A DNA stretch of 64,000 nt from an uncultured Actinomycetota bacterium. GTDB lineage: Bacteria > Actinomycetota > Actinomycetes > Streptosporangiales > Streptosporangiaceae. Of this stretch, positions 18,924 through 28,538 are shown one piece after another. Position 1 is the first letter of the stretch. Each line of letters starts with the position of its first letter. The stretch spans positions 8,418 through 72,417 of the forward strand of contig CAVVBL010000008.1 of NCBI GenBank assembly GCA_963746485.1. Direction: 5' to 3'. Under the pieces are notes generated by a model. That model ran no database searches, was not told where the DNA came from, and saw only the letters and a program-made list of their open reading frames with translations. The position numbers and the translations under genes were made by a program.

Positions 18924-19793
18924 GTGGAGCGCACAGTTCGCACCCCGGACGGCCGGACGCTGGCTGTCGAGGAATCCGGTGACCTCGCTGGCCGGCCAGT
19001 CCTGGTCCACACGGGCACACCCAACTCCAGGCACCTTTATGACCCGAACATCCGGGATGCCGCCGCCCGCGGGCTGCGCCTCATCAGCTACGACAGGCCG
19101 GGCTACGGAGGGTCCTCGCCGCAGCCGGGGCGCACCGTCGCCGACTGTGCCGGCGACGTCCGCGCGATCTGCGCTGAGCTCGGCATCGACCGGCTCGCCA
19201 CCTGGGGCATCTCCGGTGGCGGCCCGCACGTTCTCGCGTGCGCTGCCCTGCTGCCGGACCTGGTGACCGCCGCAGCCTCGCTCGCGTCGCTGGCCCCGTA
19301 CGGCGCTGACGGCATTGACTATTTCGCCGGCATGGGCCAGGAGAACGTGGAGGACATCCGCCTGTTCTTCGCGGACGAGGCTGCGGCCCGGGCGAAGACG
19401 GAGAAGGACCGGGAGGAACTCCTGGCCGCGGCGCCGGAGGATGCGGCCGAGGCCATTGAGTCACTCCTCACGCCGACAGATGCCGCGGCCCTGCGCGGCG
19501 AGCTAGGCGAGTACCTGACCTCCTCCGCGCAGGACGGCCTGTCGGCCGGAAGCCAGGGATGGTGGGATGACAACTGCACGATCAGGCCGTGGGGGTTCGA
19601 GCTGTCCGACATCACTGTCCCGGTTCTGCTGCTGCACGGCAGGCAGGACATGTTCGTGCCGTTCGGCCACGGCGAATGGCTGGCCGCGCACATTCCCGGC
19701 GTCGAGGCCCGGCTGCTCGCCGACGACGGGCACCTGACGCTTCTGCAGAATCGTGTGCCCGAGGTGCACGCCTGGCTGTCAGAGCACCTGTAG
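18924..19793 (+). CDS. Alpha/beta hydrolase
   Basis: 289 aa. Nucleophile elbow WGISGGG and C-terminal catalytic His region ADDGHLTLL. Confidence 0.8.
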   Translation: MERTVRTPDGRTLAVEESGDLAGRPVLVHTGTPNSRHLYDPNIRDAAARGLRLISYDRPGYGGSSPQPGRTVADCAGDVRAICAELGIDRLATWGISGGGPHVLACAALLPDLVTAAASLASLAPYGADGIDYFAGMGQENVEDIRLFFADEAAARAKTEKDREELLAAAPEDAAEAIESLLTPTDAAALRGELGEYLTSSAQDGLSAGSQGWWDDNCTIRPWGFELSDITVPVLLLHGRQDMFVPFGHGEWLAAHIPGVEARLLADDGHLTLLQNRVPEVHAWLSEHL

Positions 19794-19847
19794 CGCGCCG
19801 CCGAGCCACGCTGGCTGCCAGCCGCGACGAGGCAGATGCAGCAGGGT

Positions 19848-19878
19848 TTGACTTCAAGCGCTTGAGGTTTGCTTTGCT
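19848..19878 (+). promoter_or_regulatory. MerR-type promoter candidate with 19-bp spacer and dyad
   Basis: TTGACT (19848-19853), then a 19-nt spacer containing the dyad CTTCAAGC/GCTTGAGG, then TTTGCT (19873-19878). Ends 6 nt before the GTG of the MerR gene. Confidence 0.35.
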
Positions 19879-19884
19879 GTTCGC

Positions 19885-20328
19885 GTGACTGCTCTCAGTA
19901 TCCAGGACGTGTCCAGGCGCAGCGGGCTGAGTGAGCCGACGCTGCGCTACTACGAGGAGATCGGGCTGATAGGCCCGGTAGAGCGCGACCCGAGCAGCCG
20001 GCACCGCCGGTACCGGGAGGAGGACCTCGATACGCTGCAGGCGCTGGCCTGCCTGCGCGCCATGGGCGTCGGGATCGAGGACATGCGCACCTACCAGGCC
20101 AACCGCGGGCGCGGCCGCGAGGCGGCAGGCGAGCAGCGCGATCTGCTGCTGCGTCACGCCCAGCGGATCGAGGCCGAGATCCAGACGCTCCGGACGCATC
20201 TGGACTATCTGCGAGTAAAGGCTGCGCTGTGGGATGCCCGCGATCGCGGTGATGCGGACGCGGAGGCTGAGGCGGACCTGCAGGTGCAGGCCATGATCCC
20301 GCGACTGGAAGAGGCGGTGCTGCGATGA
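19885..20328 (+). CDS. MerR family transcriptional regulator
   Basis: HTH LSIQDVSRRSGLSEPTLRYYEEIGLI..RRYREEDL. 4-nt overlap with the downstream reductase. Confidence 0.85.
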   Translation: MTALSIQDVSRRSGLSEPTLRYYEEIGLIGPVERDPSSRHRRYREEDLDTLQALACLRAMGVGIEDMRTYQANRGRGREAAGEQRDLLLRHAQRIEAEIQTLRTHLDYLRVKAALWDARDRGDADAEAEADLQVQAMIPRLEEAVLR

Positions 20329-21299
20329 GCCAGGTCCTGGTGACTGGCGGGTCCGGTTATCTGGGCACGCAGCTGATCGCCGCGCTGCTGCGGGACGGTC
20401 GTGAGGTGCGGGCGACGGTTCGCTCGCCCGACAGCGAGGCCGATGTGCGCGCGGCGGTGCGTCGCGGCGATGCGGACGACAGCCTGCTTCAGGTCGTCAC
20501 CGCTGACCTGACCGCCGACGAGGGCTGGACTGCCGCGGCGGCCGGCTGCGAGGAGGTCTATCACGTCGCCACGCCCATCCAGGCGGCTCAGTCCGACGAT
20601 CCCGACGAGCTGATCGTTTCCGCCCGCGAGGGCACGCTGCGTGCCCTGCGCGCCGCGCGGGACGCGGGCGCCAGGCGGGTGGTGCTGACCTCGTCGTTCG
20701 CGGCGGTCGGTTACTCATCCAAGCCCGGAGCTGAGTACACCGAGGCGGACTGGACCGATCCTGACATGCCCGGCCTTCCGCCCTACCCTCGGTCCAAGAC
20801 GATCGCCGAGAGGGCCGCGTGGGACTTCATCGAACGTGCGGGCGGCGAGACGGAGCTGGTCGTGGTCAACCCGACCTTCATACTCGGGCCCACCCTGACG
20901 ACGCAGGCGCGCTCGTCGCTCCAGCTGACCAAGGCGATGCTCGACGGGACGATGCCCGTCGTCAGGCGCCAGCGCTTCGGCGTCGCCGATGTGCGCGACG
21001 TCGCGGATCTGCACATTCGTGCGATGGCCGCGCCCGGGGCAGCCGGCAAGCGCTTCCTGGCACTCGCTGACGGACCGACGATCAGCTTCCTGGACATGGC
21101 CCGGATCCTGCGCGAGCGGCTCGGACCGCTGGCAGACCGAGTGCCGACCGAGGAAGCGCCCGGGCCTCAGGTGCCCCGGCTGATCATTCACAACGACCGG
21201 GCCCGCGACGAGCTCGGCTGGCGCCCGCGCCCGGCCGTGACCACGATCGTCGAGACCGCCGAGAGCCTGCGCGACCGCGGCCTGCTTGCGGAACGATGA
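20325..21299 (+). CDS. NAD-dependent epimerase/dehydratase family (aldehyde/flavonol reductase-like SDR)
   Basis: VLVTGGSGYLGTQL Rossmann motif and YPRSK active-site motif. Confidence 0.85.
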   Translation: MSQVLVTGGSGYLGTQLIAALLRDGREVRATVRSPDSEADVRAAVRRGDADDSLLQVVTADLTADEGWTAAAAGCEEVYHVATPIQAAQSDDPDELIVSAREGTLRALRAARDAGARRVVLTSSFAAVGYSSKPGAEYTEADWTDPDMPGLPPYPRSKTIAERAAWDFIERAGGETELVVVNPTFILGPTLTTQARSSLQLTKAMLDGTMPVVRRQRFGVADVRDVADLHIRAMAAPGAAGKRFLALADGPTISFLDMARILRERLGPLADRVPTEEAPGPQVPRLIIHNDRARDELGWRPRPAVTTIVETAESLRDRGLLAER

Positions 21300-21592
21300 T
21301 GGCGCGGCGCGTCACCCTGGCGGATCAGGCCGGGCAGGATGCGCTCAGTGCCGAATTAGTGGTGATCAAGAGCCTGTGATTCGCGCAGTGAAAGTCGCCT
21401 GCCCGGGCCCTCTGCGGCCGTCCTGTCCCCGACACCAGGACAGGGCACTTCGTCCGCTCACGGCCACGGCTCCTCGCCTCCGCTAGAGTTCCGCCGCAGG
21501 CTCCGTGATCCACACGGCCGGGATGGTCATCGCGGCCTCTCACGGCCCGCCGCCCGATCTCTCGCGGATTGTGTGCCGACGGGGTCGGCACG

Positions 21593-21892
21593 ATGTGGTG
21601 TGCCTACGCTTTCGCCGCGATAGCCCTGGTGAGCCTGCCGAGCGCCATCGCGTCCCACAGCGCGGTCACGCTGGTGTCCTGGGTATCCCAGACCTTCCTT
21701 CAGCTGGTGCTGCTCTCGGTGATCATTGTCGGTCAGAACGTGCTGGCCGCCGCGGCTGCCCGCCGGGCCGAGGCCACCTACAACGACGCCGACGCCGTGC
21801 TTCACGAGGCGGTCAAGATCCAGGAGCACCTCGCTGCTCAGGACACGGTGATCGGGGAACTCATCGATCGAGTCCGGGCGCTGGCCGGCTGA
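21593..21892 (+). CDS. Small membrane protein (DUF1003-like)
   Basis: Two TM helices (MWCAYAFAAIALVSL.., FLQLVLLSVIIVGQNV) followed by a coiled tail. Start ATG 21593 is preferred over 21569. Confidence 0.45.
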   Translation: MWCAYAFAAIALVSLPSAIASHSAVTLVSWVSQTFLQLVLLSVIIVGQNVLAAAAARRAEATYNDADAVLHEAVKIQEHLAAQDTVIGELIDRVRALAG

Positions 21893-21904
21893 CCGTCGAT
21901 CTTC

Positions 21905-23398
21905 TCAGTTCACGCAGGGAATGCCGTCCTTGGCCGTAACCGCGCCGCCCTGCGGTCCCGTGCTGGGGATGACCGACGATGGTGCCGGTGACGGGGACCC
22001 CACCGCGGCGGCGGCGCTGATCGGCGTCGTGGCATCAGCGCCGAGCAGGACCTCAACATGCCCGGCCGCTACCGATGAGCTGGCCGTGGCGGTAACGCCG
22101 AACAGGCCGGCGATCCTGGTCGCGCTCGCTGAGACTCCCGGCCCGTACCCGATCGCCGTAGCGGTCCGGTAGCTGGTGTTGCCCACTTTGCCGGCCCGGT
22201 AGCCCGCCCTGGTGAGTGCGGCAGAATCGCGGCCGGCCAGGCCCGCGGTGCTGCCGCCGTTGAGCACGTCCACGGTCACTGGCGTGGCCGTGCCTCCGGA
22301 TCGGGACTGCCCGCCGCGCGGAGCGGGCTGCGGAGAGAACGCAGCGTGCACGATGGCCTTGATGGAAGCGGGATTGACGGCGTTGGCGTCCTGGCCGTCG
22401 ATGGTCGCGTAGCCCTGAATCGGCAGCGTCCGGAAGACGAGGTTCCCGCTGGTCAGGGACCGCATCTGGGTGGAAAAGTCGAGCAGGTTCCAGCCAGCGT
22501 CGGTGATAACGTACTGCTTGGCGACCGATAGCAGGGCCCGCATCTTGGTCAGGTCGGACAGAACTCCCTCCGCTCGCAGCTGATGCATCACCGAGTCAAG
22601 GAATGCCTGCTGGCGGTGCGTGCGGTCCAGGTCGCCGTTGGGCAGGCCATGGCGCTGGCGGACGAAGGCCAGCGCCTGCCTGGCGTCAAGGTGCTGGTAG
22701 CCGGCCCGGAAATCGGCGCCGGAGTAAGGATCACTGACCGCATGATTGAGGCAGACCTCGACGCCGCCGAGGACCTTCGCCAGTTCGTAGAACCCGTCGA
22801 GGTTGACCTCGGCGAAATGATCGATGTGCACGCCGGTCAGCTGCTCGACCGTGGCGACCGCGGCCGTGCGGCCGGCCTCGTTGCCGAGGAACGCGAGCTG
22901 GTCCTGGCTCATGCCCGGGTTCTGCGCGCGGAGCCTCTGCTGCTCGTAGTACATGCTCACGCCGTACGCCTGATCGATCTTGCCTGCCTGCTGCGGCCCG
23001 ACCATGCCGGCGAAGCTGACCCAGTCGTCGCGGGGGATGGAAAATCCGACGGCCTTCCTGCCGCCGGCCGGGATGTGGATCAGGATGAGCGTGTTCGTGT
23101 CGTTGCCGCCGGTGCCATTCTCGACGGCCTGCCTGCTGCCCGAGTGCAGGGCATTCAGGATGCTGTCGGGCAGGATGTTTCCGGCCCAGTCCGTCCGGCT
23201 CTCCAGCCCCATCAGCAGGATGTTCTGCGCGCCGACCGAGGGACCGCTGACGATCGCGTGCGAGGAGCCGATGCCGGCCACGTCGCGGACTAAGAAGTAC
23301 GACGAGCCGCTGACGACCAGAACCAGAGCCGCGGCAGCGCAGCTCAGTGAGTAGCCGGCGCGCCCCGCCCAGCGCGATTTCCCCGGTATGCGGTTCAT
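21905..23398 (-). CDS. LCP (LytR-CpsA-Psr) family protein
   Basis: N-terminal TM anchor. LCP core NILLMGLESR...DTNTLILIHIP...SIPRDDWV...VRQRHGLPNGDLDRTHRQQ. C-terminal LytR_C-like domain. Confidence 0.85.
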   Translation of the reverse strand: MNRIPGKSRWAGRAGYSLSCAAAALVLVVSGSSYFLVRDVAGIGSSHAIVSGPSVGAQNILLMGLESRTDWAGNILPDSILNALHSGSRQAVENGTGGNDTNTLILIHIPAGGRKAVGFSIPRDDWVSFAGMVGPQQAGKIDQAYGVSMYYEQQRLRAQNPGMSQDQLAFLGNEAGRTAAVATVEQLTGVHIDHFAEVNLDGFYELAKVLGGVEVCLNHAVSDPYSGADFRAGYQHLDARQALAFVRQRHGLPNGDLDRTHRQQAFLDSVMHQLRAEGVLSDLTKMRALLSVAKQYVITDAGWNLLDFSTQMRSLTSGNLVFRTLPIQGYATIDGQDANAVNPASIKAIVHAAFSPQPAPRGGQSRSGGTATPVTVDVLNGGSTAGLAGRDSAALTRAGYRAGKVGNTSYRTATAIGYGPGVSASATRIAGLFGVTATASSSVAAGHVEVLLGADATTPISAAAAVGSPSPAPSSVIPSTGPQGGAVTAKDGIPCVN

Positions 23399-23484
23399 AG
23401 CCTCCCCCTGGCTAAGTAACTGCCGTACGGCGGAAGATTACCTGCGCAGCTTATCGAGCCGGACCGGCTACCATCAGTTAGCAC

Positions 23485-24003
23485 ATGAGTGCTCCACGGC
23501 GCCGCGCAACCGGCGCGCCTGCAGGCCGGGGCCGGCGACAGCCGACCAGTCCGATGCCGCGATGGGGTGAATTGCCGTGGCCACGCGGAGTTGTCCTTGT
23601 CGGCAGCGGAGCCGCGGCCGGAGCCCTGATTACCATCATGACCGGCAGCGAGCCCGGACTTGTACTAGGCCTTCTTATCGTGGTCGGCACCATAGCGGCT
23701 GCGCTGGCTGTGCAGCCGCGTGCTGCCCACCGGATCATTCCGGCGCCGGCGATCGCGTACACGGCGGCCGCCGTGCTGGCCGGGCTGATCCACGACCGGT
23801 CGGCCGACACGTCCGGTACTGCCCTGGCCGTCAGCGCTGCGCAGTGGATCGCCGGCGGCTTCCTCGCGATGATCGCGGCCACGATCCTGGCGATCGTGAT
23901 TACCGCCGTGCGCTGGCAGCTGAGCGGCTTAGCCCGGCAGGGCCGGGGCTACCAGCCTCCCGCGAGGAGCGGCGCCGCGCGGCGCCGCGGCCGTGGTAAC
24001 TGA
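23485..24003 (+). CDS. Hypothetical integral membrane protein
   Basis: Four predicted TM helices and high third-position GC. Start uncertain; ATG 23554 is an alternative. Confidence 0.5.
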   Translation: MSAPRRRATGAPAGRGRRQPTSPMPRWGELPWPRGVVLVGSGAAAGALITIMTGSEPGLVLGLLIVVGTIAAALAVQPRAAHRIIPAPAIAYTAAAVLAGLIHDRSADTSGTALAVSAAQWIAGGFLAMIAATILAIVITAVRWQLSGLARQGRGYQPPARSGAARRRGRGN

Positions 24004-24047
24004 GGGCGCCCTGACAGGGGCGCGGTCACCGGCCGCCAGCCGGTGGG

Positions 24048-25247
24048 CTACAGCGGAACGAGCTCGTGCGTTTCGTCCGGATCCGCCACGTGCCACTCGC
24101 GGTGGGTCTCCTGCAGTGACGGGCTTGGCGTCAGTTGCTTGTCGGCAAAGCAGACCTCCGGCCGCGGTGGCCGCAGCTTGTAAATCAGTCCCAGCGCGGC
24201 AAAGAACTGGATGAGGCGCCAGGTGGCGTCCGGGCGCCAGCCGCGGTCGGGCCTGGCTCCCGCTGCCGACGCCGCGGCATCGAGCGCCACCTTGCGGCCG
24301 TGGCGGGGACAGGCAGGATCAGCGTGGTGCCAGCTGTGGTTGCCCTCGCCGCCTGCGACGACGGCGACGAAGGAGTTGTTGCGGCTGTCGTCGGCGCGGT
24401 ACTCCAGCCCGCGGCTGTCCTTCGCGCGGCTGCCCCACTTATGGCAGACGGAGTTGACGAAGCCGGTGGCGGTCATCAGGGCCGCGGTGCGCAGTGCCCC
24501 GGCGATGAGCACGGCGTTCCACCCGTACAGCGGGTAGAAGGCCAGCGGCACCAGGAAGTTCCCGATCGCCAGGAACGCGAACGCCCGTCGCTGCCACTGC
24601 ACCAGCCGGTCCGCGGCCAGGTCCCGGTGCACCTCGTAGCCGGGCGGGCGCTTGTATCCGAAGAACAGCCAGATGCCCTGCGCCCAGGCGAGGCCCTTGT
24701 ACCCGTGCCACTGCGAGTACTCGTACGGGGAATGCGGATCCTTGCCGACTTCATCGGCGAAGCGATGGTGCGCGCGGTGGTTCAGCACCCACTGCTGGAT
24801 ATCGCCCTCCAGCGACATGCCGCTCGCGACGGCCAGCACGACCTGCAGCGGGAACTTCATCTCATACCCGCGATGCGTCCAGTAGCGGTGGTTCCCCAGT
24901 GTCACGCCGAACAGCGTGAACAGATACAGCGCCGCCGCCAGGACCCACAGGCCGACACTCGTGGGAGTGGCGAAGGCACGGTAGAGCCCCCACAGCGCGA
25001 AGCCCGGCAGCAGGATTCCGAGAAAGACGATGTTGGTCCAGATCGGCGAGCGCCGGTTGCCGTTGCGATCAATGCCGAAGCCCAGCGACAGTACCGACAG
25101 CCAGTCCCTTGCGCCTGACGCGGGTGGCGACGCTGGCCCTCCGACTACGGTAACGGGCTGGCCTTCATACTGCGGATCGGCGAGGGCCGCACCAGCGGTG
25201 CTTGCCTCGGGACCGGAAACTGGCGCGACGCTCTCACTGACGGGCAT
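24048..25247 (-). CDS. Acyl-CoA (stearoyl-CoA type) fatty acid desaturase
   Basis: Three His boxes: HRYWTH, HRAHHRF, and NHSWHH. Confidence 0.85.
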   Translation of the reverse strand: MPVSESVAPVSGPEASTAGAALADPQYEGQPVTVVGGPASPPASGARDWLSVLSLGFGIDRNGNRRSPIWTNIVFLGILLPGFALWGLYRAFATPTSVGLWVLAAALYLFTLFGVTLGNHRYWTHRGYEMKFPLQVVLAVASGMSLEGDIQQWVLNHRAHHRFADEVGKDPHSPYEYSQWHGYKGLAWAQGIWLFFGYKRPPGYEVHRDLAADRLVQWQRRAFAFLAIGNFLVPLAFYPLYGWNAVLIAGALRTAALMTATGFVNSVCHKWGSRAKDSRGLEYRADDSRNNSFVAVVAGGEGNHSWHHADPACPRHGRKVALDAAASAAGARPDRGWRPDATWRLIQFFAALGLIYKLRPPRPEVCFADKQLTPSPSLQETHREWHVADPDETHELVPL

Positions 25248-25429
25248 GCCCGCCAGTGAATCCCTTATCTGACCGGGCAGTCAGTGCCGAAGGTCCTGAA
25301 TTTGCCAGGCATGACGCTCTGTAACCAGTACATCCGTTCGTTCCGGCACTTCTGGGCCTGAAGTTAGCTAAGACCACACGATGGTCCGGTTTCAGGTGGG
25401 AGCGGCGGCCTCTGGGCGGTGGCTGAGGC

Positions 25430-25462
25430 CCCCGGCCGCGCGGGCTCACAACGCGGCCGGGG
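25430..25462 (-). terminator. 11-bp GC stem hairpin downstream of the fasciclin gene
   Basis: CCCCGGCCGCG-(11 nt)-CGCGGCCGGGG, 8 nt after the stop at 25471. No U-tract, as in actinobacterial I-shaped terminators. Confidence 0.45.
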
Positions 25463-25470
25463 TGGTCTGC

Positions 25471-26103
25471 CTAGCTCTTCGTCGGCGGGGTCAGCACCGA
25501 CCCGATGATGTAGACGGTGGCGTTGGCGGTCTGAACGTTCCCGCATACCACCGGGACGTTGTTGACCTCGTATGTGCTGCCCATCTTGGCCGGGGTGATG
25601 GTCCCGCCTTCCAGCGTCTTGATCGGCTTGCCGCTTGCCAGCTCGGCAGGCGTGATGCGCCCAGACGCGACGTGGTAAGTCAGGATCGCCGTGAGCTCGC
25701 TCTTGTCTGCCAGGACCTTGTCCAGCGTGGCCGCCGGGATCTTGGCGAAGGCCGAGTTATCGGGGGCGAAGACGGTGATGCCCTGCGCTGAGTTCAGCGT
25801 ATCCACCAGGTCTGCCTTCTTGACTGCGGTGACCAGCGTGGACAGCAGCGGATTGGCGGACGCCGCGGTGGCCACCGGAGCGGCAGACATGCCGCTGAAG
25901 CTGCCCGCCCCCGACGAAGGGACTGAGGCGCATCCGGGTCCGAAGTTCGTCGAGGTAGTGCTTGCTGACGAACTCATTGACGGCGTCGCCGCAGGCTTGC
26001 TGGACGATGACGATGATGCAGTCGTTCCGCTGGAGCCGCAGGCCGCGGCGCCGAGAGCGAGGCCGGCGGCCGCCGCGGCGAAGATGATGCCCTTGTTTAG
26101 CAT
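25471..26103 (-). CDS. Fasciclin (FAS1) domain lipoprotein, MPT70/MPT83-like
   Basis: Lipobox LGAAAC followed by a Ser-rich linker. FAS1 motifs TVFAPDNSAF and TYHV..G. Confidence 0.85.
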   Translation of the reverse strand: MLNKGIIFAAAAAGLALGAAACGSSGTTASSSSSSKPAATPSMSSSASTTSTNFGPGCASVPSSGAGSFSGMSAAPVATAASANPLLSTLVTAVKKADLVDTLNSAQGITVFAPDNSAFAKIPAATLDKVLADKSELTAILTYHVASGRITPAELASGKPIKTLEGGTITPAKMGSTYEVNNVPVVCGNVQTANATVYIIGSVLTPPTKS

Positions 26104-26163
26104 TGTTGCTCCCTTGAGTAGCAGGTTGATTGACGAGTTCGAGCGCGATTGCTCTCATGCGGG

Positions 26164-27864
26164 CTAGGTGACGGTCACCGCCGCGTTGTCCCAGCCGGAC
26201 GCTCCGTTCGGAAGCGGAGAGACCTGCCTGGAGGTCTGAGTTGCGCCTGTGCCGTCGGTGGCACGCACCTCGAGCTGGTGGACTCCGGCCGTGGCGTCCC
26301 AGTGCCAGACCCATTGCCGCCAGGTGTCGATGCCAGGTACCGCGGCGAGCGTTGCCCGGTGCCAGGCGCCGCCGTCAACCCGGACTTCGACGGCATCGAT
26401 GCCGCGGTGCGGCGCCCAGGCGACTCCGGCCACTGCCGTCTGCCCGGCCCTGATCTGCTGCAGCGGCTTCGGCACATCGATCCGTGACATGGTCTTGATC
26501 GCGGCCTGCTCGGCGTAGCCGCGCTGCGTCCAGTACGCCTTCTCGGCGGCGAAGGTGGTGACGTTGAGGTCGGTCACCCACTTGGTGCCTGAGCAGTAGC
26601 CATACAGGCCGGGCACCATCATCCGGGCCGGGAAGCCGTGCGCGACCGGCAGCGGCACGCCGTTCATGCCGACGGCGATCATGGCGTCCGCGTTATCGAT
26701 CACCGCGGCGAGCGGCGTGCTGATCGTCATGCCCTCGGTCGACGTGGACAGAATCTGATCGGCTCCGCTGTGAACGCCGGCGTCGCGAAGCAGCTGGGCG
26801 AGGCTGGTGCCGAGCCAGCGGGCGTTGCCGTTGAGGTTGCCGCCGACCTGGTTAGACACGCACACCAGGGTGATGTCGGCCTCGGTGAGCGGGCGGTGCA
26901 GCAGCTCGTCAAAGGAGATATCCAGCTCCTTGCTGACCATGCCGTGCACCCGCAGCCGCCAGGTGTCGGGCGAGACCTGCGGCAGCACGATGTCGGTGTC
27001 GACCCGGTAGAAGCTCGAGTTGGACGTGAGGAACGGAGTGATGCCGCGTACCGGAAGCTGGGCGCCGGCCGGCATAGCCGGGCCGGTGACGGCTGGCTTC
27101 GGCAGCCTGATCGCCGCGCGGAGCGCGCTTACGTTGAAGCTGCGCAGCAGCAGCTGGCCGCCATAGCCGGCGGCCGCAGCCACGGCAGCCGTCCCGGCCG
27201 CAAGCAGCAGGAACTGCCGGCGGTCAGGCTCGCGCTCGGCCGCTCGTGCGCGCCGGCCAGTGGCCGCAGACGGCAGGTCACGGTAGCTGGCCGCCGAGGG
27301 AGCGGCTGCGGCGCGCGCCGCGCTGGCGGAATCGGACTGCTCCGCCGGGCTGTCGCCGGCGCCGGACAGTGCACGTCCTGGCGCACGCGCAGCCGCGCGT
27401 GCCGTCACAGTGCTGCCTGCGGCACGCACCATCAGGGTCAGCGCGGCGGCCGCGATGAGTGCGCCGGCGATGGGCGGCAGCGCGTACGCCGCGGTGGCGG
27501 TCGGCCGGGTCACCGCGGCGGCGACGCCGAGAACGGCGAACACGAGGAGCCCGGCGTAGCCGTACGCAATCCGCCGCCGCGACAAGATGCCGATCACTGC
27601 GGAGAAAACAGCGAGCACGATAAGGATGCCGGCGACCAGCACTTCCTTGTCATGGCTGCCGAAATGCGCGATCGCGAATTCCTTGACCGGTGCTGGCGTT
27701 AGATTAACTGCGACTCCCCCGACCGCAATGACCGGCGAGGCATCCGGGTTGACAAAGCCAGCAACAAGCTGAGCCACGCCGAGTGCGACAGCAGCGGCAA
27801 GCAGTCCGGCGAGCGCGCCGGTAGCGGCACGCTCGGTAGCGTTTCTGGCGCGGTGGGTAATCAT
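26164..27864 (-). CDS. Molybdopterin-dependent oxidoreductase (sulfite-oxidase fold) with N-terminal membrane domain
   Basis: 566 aa. The N-terminal approximately 150 aa are multi-TM. SUOX-type core with LVCVSNQVGG (Mo-ligand Cys) and GFPARMMVPGLYG. Confidence 0.85.
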   Translation of the reverse strand: MITHRARNATERAATGALAGLLAAAVALGVAQLVAGFVNPDASPVIAVGGVAVNLTPAPVKEFAIAHFGSHDKEVLVAGILIVLAVFSAVIGILSRRRIAYGYAGLLVFAVLGVAAAVTRPTATAAYALPPIAGALIAAAALTLMVRAAGSTVTARAAARAPGRALSGAGDSPAEQSDSASAARAAAAPSAASYRDLPSAATGRRARAAEREPDRRQFLLLAAGTAAVAAAAGYGGQLLLRSFNVSALRAAIRLPKPAVTGPAMPAGAQLPVRGITPFLTSNSSFYRVDTDIVLPQVSPDTWRLRVHGMVSKELDISFDELLHRPLTEADITLVCVSNQVGGNLNGNARWLGTSLAQLLRDAGVHSGADQILSTSTEGMTISTPLAAVIDNADAMIAVGMNGVPLPVAHGFPARMMVPGLYGYCSGTKWVTDLNVTTFAAEKAYWTQRGYAEQAAIKTMSRIDVPKPLQQIRAGQTAVAGVAWAPHRGIDAVEVRVDGGAWHRATLAAVPGIDTWRQWVWHWDATAGVHQLEVRATDGTGATQTSRQVSPLPNGASGWDNAAVTVT

Positions 27865-28538
27865 CGCCGTACATTCGCAGCTGCTGTGCCGGCGGATTGG
27901 GCGGCCGGCGATTGCACTTCCAAGGCGGCCCGTGCGGACACGAGGGCCGTACGACGCCCGGCCCGTGTCCGGTGGCCGTCCGCCGGGCTAGCACGGCCGC
28001 ACCCGGCGTGTCCCGCCGCCGGGTACTCCGCCGGCCTCAGGCCGAGTCCGGGGAGATCGCCGCTCTGGCCTTCTGAGCTGCATAGATGCCCGTGATAGCC
28101 GACCGCGCGGCCGTCGCATGGCAGTGCCAGGCCGTGGTCACCGGAACGAGGATCCGCGCGGTCGGCGGTGCGCGCCTGCCGCCGCGCAGGACCAGCGCTG
28201 ACCACCATGCCAGACCGGTGAGCGCGTGCACTCGCGCTCAGCAACACTTTTTTGGGACACCCGGCAGATTCCGCCAGCCGGTGCGCACTTTGGCGCCCCG
28301 GCCGTGGCCAAGCGGCGGCGGGGTGCCGCTGGAGCGGTGCCAGCAGATGCGCGCCCGGCGCATTCGCCGGCGTCTCAGACAGCCGCGCAGTCAGGCTGCC
28401 GGCGCCCCGGACGGCTCACATGAAAAGCCGCCGACGAGCCATTCCCGTGGCGTTATTATTCTGTCATTCAGAAGGACCAGGAATAGTGATGCGGCAGCGT
28501 CGTGTGTTTCCGGGCGGCAATGTCGCGCTGGCGCGCCT

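Noticed and set aside
27865-28100. Molybdenum-cofactor riboswitch upstream of the SUOX-fold gene
   Set aside because: I could not recognise the conserved Moco-motif helices by eye. This needs an Rfam scan.
27861-28247. 128-aa ORF whose stop overlaps the molybdoenzyme start by 4 nt (and the nested 64-aa ORF 28037..28231)
   Set aside because: The overlap hints at coupling. However, the translations are Arg/Ala/Gly-rich with no motifs, third-position GC is only moderate, and no RBS is present. Left uncalled and mentioned in a finding.
28220-28253. Hairpin plus T6 as a canonical intrinsic terminator
   Set aside because: The T-run lies 8 nt from the stem base, not adjacent to it, and no plus-strand gene ends upstream. 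Kept only as a curiosity within the gap finding.
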